A DNA stretch of 44,642 bases from Promethearchaeota archaeon (GTDB taxonomy: Archaea; Asgardarchaeota; Lokiarchaeia; Sigyniarchaeales; SOKP01), in contig SDNY01000013.1 in NCBI GenBank assembly GCA_004524535.1, positions 1 through 44,642 of the forward strand, given 5' to 3'. The translations under genes and the position numbers were made by a program. Below are positions 19,236 to 27,591 of the stretch, piece by piece (position 1 is the first letter of the stretch; every line of letters starts with the position of its first letter). The notes under the pieces were generated by a model. That model was not told the origin of the DNA. It was given only the letters and a program-made list of their open reading frames with translations, and did not search any database.

Positions 19236-20038
19236 ATTAAATCTTCCATATCAAGAGTTTCCATAGTATAATAAGCTAATTTTATAACAAAAAAGATAGT
19301 TGCTCCTATCAATAAAAAGTATAGAAAATATCCGATGAAGTACGCTATGATATAGGGTATGATGCCCAGTCCTAAAAGTAAAAATGAAAATATTATTCCT
19401 GGAATACAAATTGTTGCCATAATTCCTATATATATGGCGGAACGATTTCTTTTTTTCTTTAATTCTTCAATTAACTCTAAATCTAATTTATATTCACTAG
19501 TTTGGTTTAAATTCTTAAATTCGTTTGCCCAATCTAGTCTTCTTATTGAAATAATAGAATATTTTCGATAAAATTTAAAATTAACATATTTCTTTTCTAA
19601 ATCTTGAATCCATGTCAATTTAAATCCTCCTTTAATTATATTAAAAGAAAATAAAGCACAAATTATAGGTATTATTAGATAGATAATAGGCCCTGTAAAG
19701 GAACTTGATATTATATTTAAAAGAAGGAGAGAGATAATTAATAGAATTGTAAAAATAGAAATAAAATTCAACAATCTCAAGAATTTGGTTTTTTCATTAA
19801 ATTGAATATGTGTACCACACATAAAAATTGTAATATACTTACGAAAATTATAACTTCTAGATCTTAATTTGTATTTTTCATCAACATTTGTCTTTCCACA
19901 AATAGGACAGATATTAGGAGGGATAATTTTTATTTCATTTCGTTCCTTTCTTTTTGGAGAACTAACGAATCTATTGGGAATTTTAAACCTTTTCTTTTCA
20001 GATTTATTATCTGATAGTTTTTTCATTTTAACCCTCAT
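19232..20038 (-). CDS. Hypothetical membrane protein with N-terminal CxxC...CxxH zinc finger (paralogue B)
   Basis: ICPICG...MCGTH; about 4 TM segments; ATGA overlap with paralogue A. Confidence 0.75.
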   Translation of the reverse strand: MRVKMKKLSDNKSEKKRFKIPNRFVSSPKRKERNEIKIIPPNICPICGKTNVDEKYKLRSRSYNFRKYITIFMCGTHIQFNEKTKFLRLLNFISIFTILLIISLLLLNIISSSFTGPIIYLIIPIICALFSFNIIKGGFKLTWIQDLEKKYVNFKFYRKYSIISIRRLDWANEFKNLNQTSEYKLDLELIEELKKKRNRSAIYIGIMATICIPGIIFSFLLLGLGIIPYIIAYFIGYFLYFLLIGATIFFVIKLAYYTMETLDMEDLI

Positions 20039-20318
20039 GCAAAAAATGATAATTTGCCTATTTAAATTGTGCCATTACTAAGTTCAAAAATTTATTATAT
20101 TCAGAAGATCAAATAATTTCTTTATAATTTGTATTAGAATTATATATTTAGTTCAAAATATAAGAATCTCTAAGTTTATCTAATCAAAAAAGACAAATTG
20201 CAAACGATATTATTTATTTTTTATATTTTAAAATTATGTAAGAATAATAACTCTTAAAAAAGAGTAATACTCAGTGATATTGGGAAATATTTAAATTGAG
20301 CTTATTATAAAAAAAATT

Positions 20319-21587
20319 ATGGCGTCTTTTGATGTAATAATCATTGGTGCGGGAATTGCGGGGAGCTCATTTGCGCTTAAAATTTCCAAATATGCAAAAA
20401 CCTTGCTTCTTGAAGCTAAAGACGAAAAAGATCTTCCAGTTACTACTAATATTTTCCCCGAACATAATAAACGCTTTTTAAGCGAAGTGGATTACTCAGA
20501 TAGATCTCTTTTTCCGTGTATTCACTATAAAATCAATTATATGGATAAAAAATATAATGGAATCATTGATTCGAACGAGTTTGGAGAGCCTTTCGGGTAC
20601 ATAAGCCATTCTGAAAATATTATAAAATATATGCTCCAAAAATGTGAAGAACAAGGGGGAATTATAAAGTATAACGAAAAGGTATCAAAAATCATAAAAT
20701 CTAGTGAAAATATTGAAGTTATTACGAGTAAAGGGCAGTCTTATTCAGGTAAGCTTCTAGCAATTGCTACTGGTTCACATTCCTTTGAATTACAAAAATC
20801 TTTGGGATTTAACGCTCCAGACTCATATATTGGAATTTGTACACACCTTTACGGAGACGATGATACATTGAAAGAGAATATGGAATGGAATTATATCTTT
20901 CATATTAATCGTAATATTAGTCAAAATGGACCATTATTTTTTAACAAGGGAAGAGAAAGGCTATTTTTAGGTTTTTTAGGTAATCCGAAAGAAGACTCTG
21001 CTGATATGGTAAATAAATTAGAGAGGATTTTAAATAACTATCAACCAATCCAACCGTTTATTAGAAATTTAAAAAGAGATCCAAAAACCTTTGTTGGTAA
21101 AATCTCAAAACATCCTATTAAAATTCTGTCCAATGATCGAACATTAATATTAGGAGAAGCAGGGGGTTTAGTCACAGCGTTCTTTTATGAGGGATTTTTA
21201 GGTGGTCTTGCTTCTGCTGATATTGCAACTTCAGTATTAAAGCCATTGTTAGATGCTAATAGCAATTTTACTCGAGCTGAATTAATGAAATATGACCAAG
21301 AAGTTTATCGAATATTAGTAAATAAATATTTTAAGACAAACCTGGCTTCAGAATACTTATTTTATCTGGGAGGATCTAAAATAAAATTATTATGGGAAAC
21401 CTATTGCAAACTCGTTAAGGAAAATCAAACCCTCCGAAAATACATATGGGAGGCGATTCGGAGACAAGATCTTGAAAACCACGACCTAAACAGAGATAGA
21501 TGGACAGGTGAGCAAATTTTTAAAATGTTGCCGCTTCTTTCAAAAGCAACTTATTGGCCACATTTCATTGCAACGCTTAAAAAATAA
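20319..21587 (+). CDS. FAD-dependent oxidoreductase, divergent geranylgeranyl-reductase-like
   Basis: FDVIIIGAGIAGSS Rossmann motif, IATG, LILGEAGG...YEG (GDAAG-like). Confidence 0.75.
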   Translation: MASFDVIIIGAGIAGSSFALKISKYAKTLLLEAKDEKDLPVTTNIFPEHNKRFLSEVDYSDRSLFPCIHYKINYMDKKYNGIIDSNEFGEPFGYISHSENIIKYMLQKCEEQGGIIKYNEKVSKIIKSSENIEVITSKGQSYSGKLLAIATGSHSFELQKSLGFNAPDSYIGICTHLYGDDDTLKENMEWNYIFHINRNISQNGPLFFNKGRERLFLGFLGNPKEDSADMVNKLERILNNYQPIQPFIRNLKRDPKTFVGKISKHPIKILSNDRTLILGEAGGLVTAFFYEGFLGGLASADIATSVLKPLLDANSNFTRAELMKYDQEVYRILVNKYFKTNLASEYLFYLGGSKIKLLWETYCKLVKENQTLRKYIWEAIRRQDLENHDLNRDRWTGEQIFKMLPLLSKATYWPHFIATLKK

Positions 21588-21607
21588 TTAGGAAAAATCT
21601 AAAATAA

Positions 21608-23017
21608 TCAGAGCCTTTTTTCCCATAAACTGTTTTTTAAATTATACAGCTTTTCACCTTTTAAATCGTACCCTATTACCATGATAACCCCTGCTACGAG
21701 GCAGAACATCATTGGAATCAAGGCTCTATGAATTCTAACACCCATAATAGCTAAAGCTGTTTGAGTAACCGTTGGATCTTGATTATATCCTGTCATAATG
21801 TGGACCAATCCTATAATAAGAGCTTGTAATATAATTGCGCTGCGTAAAAAAATTGTTCTAATTCCAAAGAGCGTCGCTTCTTGATGCTTTCCGCAGGCGT
21901 TAGTAACTTCATCATAACAATCTGATGTAATAGGCAACGTCATCACCATGTAGCACGATCCCGCGATTCCGCGAATTGCAGCATAGATAGCATCTTCCTG
22001 CCAAGTTGTTATCCATAAATATGGCAAGAAAGCTAACCCTGATAAAAATATACCCAACATAAACGTGGTCGCATTCCCGTGTTTTCTAGCGAAGGCTACC
22101 CAAAATGGAACTGAAAACATGACAAATATGAAATATACGATAGTAGCAAATATTGAAAGAACTATGGGCTTGCCTAAGACGTCTTTATAAAAATATATGC
22201 CAGACGCAGCGTTTAAAGCAATAGCAACATTGACTAATGTAATGGCAATCAAGGATACCATGAAATTTCTCTGACTAAAAGCATATTTCATCATTTTTAA
22301 AAAGGATATTTGTGATTGATCCCTATGTCCTTGAATATAGCGTTCCTTTGCTTCCTTTGATTCCCACACTCCTGGAATAAGCATAATTACACAAATAGCT
22401 ATGATCGAAACACTTATAGCCGCAGTTAAAACGAAAGTGCTCTTATTTCCATACTCTAAAATAAAAAGAGGGATAGCAGACATTATGAATAGAATTGTCC
22501 CGGGTAATATGAATGCAAACGCACTTGCTCTTCTGCGTTCAAAATCTTCTCGGAATTGGTTAGCAAAGCCTCCGTTGAAGTGCTCCTGAAAAATCATTAT
22601 AAATGTACCGAATAGACACGATATTATCAACAAATACAAAAAAAGAATCAATGAATTTGCTTTAGCATCGACATTTGGAGGAGTAAAGAGAAGGAAATAA
22701 AATAATAATGTTGGGATTGCCGCCATTATAACCCAAGGAGCTCGATATCCTAACCTCTTAGACCATTTAAATGGTCTATCGGTCAAGTAGCCTGTGATAG
22801 GACTAGAAATCATAATCCATATCGAAAATATGATGATCGCAAGTGATACTAGCCCAACTTCTAAACCGACTTCAACTTCGTAGAAGTAAAATATAAGGGT
22901 GTTAAAAGCTACTAGTAGATATAAAGTAAGAATAAAACCAAGAGAGTAGGAGATCATCTTTCCTGTAGAAGCGATTTCCCATTTGTTTTTCATATGATCA
23001 TAATTTTTTTCAGTCAT
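21608..23017 (-). CDS. MFS transporter, GPH (MelB-like) family
   Basis: About 12 TM segments; PITGYLTDR, LGYRAPW, SDCYDE...EATLFG, terminal YDL. Confidence 0.85.
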   Translation of the reverse strand: MTEKNYDHMKNKWEIASTGKMISYSLGFILTLYLLVAFNTLIFYFYEVEVGLEVGLVSLAIIIFSIWIMISSPITGYLTDRPFKWSKRLGYRAPWVIMAAIPTLLFYFLLFTPPNVDAKANSLILFLYLLIISCLFGTFIMIFQEHFNGGFANQFREDFERRRASAFAFILPGTILFIMSAIPLFILEYGNKSTFVLTAAISVSIIAICVIMLIPGVWESKEAKERYIQGHRDQSQISFLKMMKYAFSQRNFMVSLIAITLVNVAIALNAASGIYFYKDVLGKPIVLSIFATIVYFIFVMFSVPFWVAFARKHGNATTFMLGIFLSGLAFLPYLWITTWQEDAIYAAIRGIAGSCYMVMTLPITSDCYDEVTNACGKHQEATLFGIRTIFLRSAIILQALIIGLVHIMTGYNQDPTVTQTALAIMGVRIHRALIPMMFCLVAGVIMVIGYDLKGEKLYNLKNSLWEKRL

Positions 23018-23132
23018 AATTAGTTATATTAATTATATATAATTTTCAAATATATGTTCTAACAAATCTTCTAACTATTATATAAATTTTTAATTTATGT
23101 TTCTAAATATTAATGTAAAATTAAAAAGAGAG

Positions 23133-25634
23133 TTAAGATTCTTTTTTATTTTTGAAGAAATTAGATAATTTCTCTTGAATTGAGTTCACTATATTCTTAA
23201 AATCATTAATAAGCGGATTAACTTCTTTTGATATTTCAGAATCTAGTTGGATTGCTTTTTCAATGTATTCTAATGCTTTGTGGTACTCATTATCATCGAA
23301 GTAAACCCTCCCCTCAAGCAACCATGCCTTAGCATAATCAGGTTTCAAATCTGTCGCTTTTTTATAACTTTCAATTGCTTCATTCGATTGGTTTTTTTCT
23401 TTAAACACATTACCTTTTCGATACCACGCAAGCGCATATTCAGGATTTTTCTCTAGGGCCTCATCAAGTGATTTTAACGCATTATCATAATCATTTTTCA
23501 ATTCAAAAGCTAAGCCTCTGTCAGATAATGCACCAACATGATCAGGATCTAGTTTAATTGCTTTATCAAACTGTTCAATCGCTTTATCATATTCTTCTTT
23601 CTTAATAAACGCATTTCCTAGATTTACATAAGATTCTACATAGGAATTATCAAGATTAATAGCTTTTTGACAATATTCAACGGCAATATCGAATTTACCA
23701 TTATTTATATCTTGTTTTACTTTATTATCAAGTTCCTGTTCATATCGTAATTTTATTTTTCTAATTTCTTCAGTTTGAATGTCATTATCTTTTATCCTTT
23801 CTGTAATATCTAAAGAAGTGTCGTATTGAGTATAGGCATCATCAAATTTATTTTGTTTCGCCAGAAGATTACCAAATCCAGTCACAGTCGAAATAATTTT
23901 CTTTAATTCTTCATCTCTCACAGCAGAATATTCAATAACATCCGTTAATTTCAATGCGTTTTCAATTTCTTTTCCAGCGCCATCAAAATCATTTTGGTCT
24001 CCTTTTACAAGACTCTGCTCAATCACTAATTTGATAAGATTCGAATAGACTATATCAATATCATGTTTTACATCTTCAATCTTTTTCCTCCTTCTTTCAG
24101 CATCAGTGATCGTATTTGCTCGGTCTAATTCCTTCGTAAGATCCTCAAGTTTTTGTTCATATTTCTTTTGTTCTTCTGAAACATAACCCGTTGCTACGAC
24201 TCCTTTCATCTCTGCTTGGTACAATAAATTTTTAATTTTAGCAATTTCCCTTTCCATTTCATCGGAAACATACATTTTATTAGAAATACTTTTCGCCTCG
24301 TTGAATATTTTCGTCGCATCGTCGAATTTCTTTTGATTCAAGAGATCTTTTCCCTTATCTAATATATCATCGATTTGGGCAGAATATATGTGATTTATCC
24401 TTTTTTTGATATCTTCCAATTCAACATTTTCACTTTCGTCATATACCATATACTTTGCGATGCTCATGGCAGAATACATTTCACTAGTAGCTTTTTCATA
24501 TTCCTTTTGTTCTATAAATTGAACCTCCGCATCTTTTCTGACTTTAATCCCAGCTGAACACGTTTTATCGATTAAATTGATGATTTGATCCAATTGATTA
24601 TTTTTTTCTTCAGAATCTACCATTTCTTTAGCAATGTCCAGTGCTTTATTAAATATGACAGCAGCTTCATTGACTTTTGGAACGGATTCCTCATAATTTT
24701 TCTCTTCTGTTATAAGAATTCCCTTTTCTTTTATCGATTTTATGTTCTCAACTAATAAAGGGTTAATTAATTCACCAATTGCATTAAAATCAGTATTCTT
24801 TTGATTAGAATCAAACATCTTGTTTCCAATCTCTATTGCTTCCTTTAGTGTGTTAATGGCTTCCTCCGAGTTATTTTTTTCTATTAATTCTTTTGCACTT
24901 GTTAGTAGAGGTTCTATTTTTTTTGAATGTGTTTCGTTGATTAAATCCTTTATATTCGATATTTCCGATTCTTTTAAATCAGAGTCATACATTTTTTCTG
25001 CCAATTGCATAGCATTCTCATAAGTTTTAATTGCTTCTTCAAATTTTTCGCTTTTTTTTGACTGATTACCTTGATCTGCCCTTATTTTAATTTTATCAGA
25101 ATAAGTTTGATTAATTTGATTTTTTATATTATTTATTATAATAACAATCTCTTGTTTAGAACTATCAATTTTATCTGCATCTTTCAACGCTTTTTGGAAA
25201 ATTTCAATCGCTTTATCAAACTCTTGGTCGTCTTTTAATTTTTTACCTTCTTCTATTAATATTTTTACTTCTATTTTACTGATTTCGTATTTAATTTTAC
25301 TGATTTCTGAATCTTTTAAAGTTGCATCCTCAATATTATTGGCAACATCAATAGCATATTTTAATTTCTTAATTGCCTCGTCAAGTTCTTTTTTTTCTAC
25401 CAATTGCATTGTTTGGTCTATTACATCATTTATTTCAGCAGAATGAGTTTGGTTTATTTTAGCTATTATATTACTTACTTCAACTTCTCGATCTTCCATA
25501 CCGGCAGCTTTCACGCGTAGATAAGTTATTCCTTCCCGATATTTCCTAACGGCTTCTTTATAATTTTTTTTATTTTTTAAATTATCAGCTTCTTTTATAA
25601 TAGGAGTTAATTTTTTTAACGTTTTTTTGTCCAT
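23133..25634 (-). CDS. Large helical repeat protein: ~11 ~58-aa repeats followed by ~5 canonical TPRs
   Basis: C-terminal TPRs (YVNLGNAF...YDKAIEQFDKAIKLDP; AWYRKGNV...YKKATDLKP); the N-terminal repeats align by eye. Confidence 0.85.
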   Translation of the reverse strand: MDKKTLKKLTPIIKEADNLKNKKNYKEAVRKYREGITYLRVKAAGMEDREVEVSNIIAKINQTHSAEINDVIDQTMQLVEKKELDEAIKKLKYAIDVANNIEDATLKDSEISKIKYEISKIEVKILIEEGKKLKDDQEFDKAIEIFQKALKDADKIDSSKQEIVIIINNIKNQINQTYSDKIKIRADQGNQSKKSEKFEEAIKTYENAMQLAEKMYDSDLKESEISNIKDLINETHSKKIEPLLTSAKELIEKNNSEEAINTLKEAIEIGNKMFDSNQKNTDFNAIGELINPLLVENIKSIKEKGILITEEKNYEESVPKVNEAAVIFNKALDIAKEMVDSEEKNNQLDQIINLIDKTCSAGIKVRKDAEVQFIEQKEYEKATSEMYSAMSIAKYMVYDESENVELEDIKKRINHIYSAQIDDILDKGKDLLNQKKFDDATKIFNEAKSISNKMYVSDEMEREIAKIKNLLYQAEMKGVVATGYVSEEQKKYEQKLEDLTKELDRANTITDAERRRKKIEDVKHDIDIVYSNLIKLVIEQSLVKGDQNDFDGAGKEIENALKLTDVIEYSAVRDEELKKIISTVTGFGNLLAKQNKFDDAYTQYDTSLDITERIKDNDIQTEEIRKIKLRYEQELDNKVKQDINNGKFDIAVEYCQKAINLDNSYVESYVNLGNAFIKKEEYDKAIEQFDKAIKLDPDHVGALSDRGLAFELKNDYDNALKSLDEALEKNPEYALAWYRKGNVFKEKNQSNEAIESYKKATDLKPDYAKAWLLEGRVYFDDNEYHKALEYIEKAIQLDSEISKEVNPLINDFKNIVNSIQEKLSNFFKNKKES

Positions 25635-25734
25635 TATTTATTCGCTCAAGTTTTTATTGTGTAAATTTTTAATTATTAAATATTATTAAATATTTTTTAT
25701 TATTTTTTCTCCTTAATTCTTTTTAAATCGCGAT

Positions 25735-26886
25735 TCAATCGGTAAAGTAGAGATGTTCATCAAAACCCGTCTCTGCAACAAGATCTTGACCTAATTTCTG
25801 AATTGCGCGCTTGGTTGGCCTTTGTAGTATACGTCTTGCGAGATTTATGACTTTTGCTAATTTTATATCTTTAAATTCTATGATTATTTTATCGTATCGA
25901 GAAAAGTCTATTCCTGCTGTATATACGCCAGCTTGACCGCGGATTGCTTGAGAAGAAACCTGCCAATGCTCGATTTTAAGCTCAATCGAGCTAAGTAAAT
26001 GGCTACAAAAGAACCATTCTAAGAGAAGCGTAGTTCTTCTTGATTTTCTCTTAGTTTGCTTTAATATTTTAAAAGCAAGATTTAATCTATCAGGATGAAT
26101 TTGTTTTAGGACTCTCTCATATTGGATAGTCATTTTGTCTCTAACATGTTCTTTTATATTCCGTATTATCTCGTTAACTTTTGTAGCTCTTTCTTCAGAT
26201 ATATCTTGATGTATTGAATTTATATGATTCTCAATAGCATCTTGAATGTCTTCACTTCGATCTATCGATAAATCCTTAGGTCTTGTAGAACGTGAACTGC
26301 TTATTCCCTCTTGAAGGTCTGGAGGTGTGGAATAAATTTCTCTTTTTGGAAGGCTAAATAATTCATCCAATTTTGAGGGATCATTTCTTACTTCTAAAAG
26401 TTTTTCTTCAACTTCATCTTTAGAGTATCCCTGATTTAAAAGATAAAAAGCAGCGCTAGCAAGTTGGTCCTCCAAGGCTTGACCTTTGTCGTATTCTCCT
26501 ACAAATTCATTTTGTAATTGTTCATATGACAATTTGCTAATTTCCTCTTCAGTAATTTCTTTTAATTTAAGACCATCAATTTTAGTAAGGATGTATTCGA
26601 TTTGGGTGGGACTTAAAAAATTCAAATTCCCCGTAGGACCAACCATAAATGAAACTAATTCCATTTTGATGAGAATATTGTCTAAGTCTTTTTGGGGTTT
26701 TCCTTTTGATATTATTAAGAAATGTTCTAAAAATTTTTTATTAAATCCGGCAATTATTTTAAGCGCCCTATCATCAAATTTATTTAAATGATTGCTCAAT
26801 TGATCTACGGGCAGATCTCCAGGAAGATCGATTTCAAAAACCATTAAATTATCAATAATCATATAAATATAGTCTGATCTCTGCAT
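25735..26886 (-). CDS. Hypothetical protein
   Basis: 383-aa ORF, apparently two regions joined by a low-complexity linker; no motif recognised; start uncertain. Confidence 0.75.
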   Translation of the reverse strand: MQRSDYIYMIIDNLMVFEIDLPGDLPVDQLSNHLNKFDDRALKIIAGFNKKFLEHFLIISKGKPQKDLDNILIKMELVSFMVGPTGNLNFLSPTQIEYILTKIDGLKLKEITEEEISKLSYEQLQNEFVGEYDKGQALEDQLASAAFYLLNQGYSKDEVEEKLLEVRNDPSKLDELFSLPKREIYSTPPDLQEGISSSRSTRPKDLSIDRSEDIQDAIENHINSIHQDISEERATKVNEIIRNIKEHVRDKMTIQYERVLKQIHPDRLNLAFKILKQTKRKSRRTTLLLEWFFCSHLLSSIELKIEHWQVSSQAIRGQAGVYTAGIDFSRYDKIIIEFKDIKLAKVINLARRILQRPTKRAIQKLGQDLVAETGFDEHLYFTD

Positions 26887-26972
26887 GTGCGAACTGAATT
26901 TTTTTTATTACAACTAATCAAAATGAATTTATTTAATAATGAAAGTATTAATATTAATTTTTTACTTATTCC

Positions 26973-27425
26973 TTATTTTCGATATTTTTGAGCTATTTTT
27001 CTTGCGAGGATCATTTGTTCTTTAGTTTCTAAACTACACGGTCTAAATTTGCGGATCCACTTTACAGGATCCATCCCATTAGGAATATATCCATTAAAAG
27101 CTGCCCATGCAACTACCATTATACCAGTTCTTCCACAACCTGCTACACAATGGACTGCTATAGGATCTCCGATCTTATTATGTTTGTCTGTAATATTGAG
27201 AAATTTTTCTAATTGAGCATTTGTAGGTGTGCCATAATCTGGAATATTTATATGATAATATTTAAAGAACTTAGAGATTTCTCGTTTATTATCGAACTCT
27301 GAACAATTCACCACAACTTTTATTCCTTCCTTTTTGTATATCTCTATTTCACGAGAATTAGGCCACCAACCTGCAGATAATTTATTCTTGACAATCCACG
27401 TAAAGGGGGTTGTTCTTTCAGGCAT
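26973..27425 (-). CDS. Dual-specificity/protein-tyrosine phosphatase (CX5R)
   Basis: VHCVAGCGRTG P-loop, IPDYGTP acid loop, FRPCSLETKEQ; N-terminus may extend upstream. Confidence 0.92.
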   Translation of the reverse strand: MPERTTPFTWIVKNKLSAGWWPNSREIEIYKKEGIKVVVNCSEFDNKREISKFFKYYHINIPDYGTPTNAQLEKFLNITDKHNKIGDPIAVHCVAGCGRTGIMVVAWAAFNGYIPNGMDPVKWIRKFRPCSLETKEQMILARKIAQKYRK

Positions 27426-27591
27426 CCCCCCTTTAGGCCAATACCAAGGACGTATTTTAATTTCCTCCTTTTCATTTGATTTTTTTAATAATGAAGGTAA
27501 CTAACAAAAATTTAATTAAAATTTTTATTTTTCTATACGTTAAAACGCAATTTAATATGAATGTAGATTATAGAAATTGAAAAAAAAAGGG

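Noticed and set aside
18289-20318. Mobile island suggested by low GC
   Set aside because: No integrase, transposase or flanking repeats; Ile/Lys/Phe-rich membrane proteins can explain the composition.
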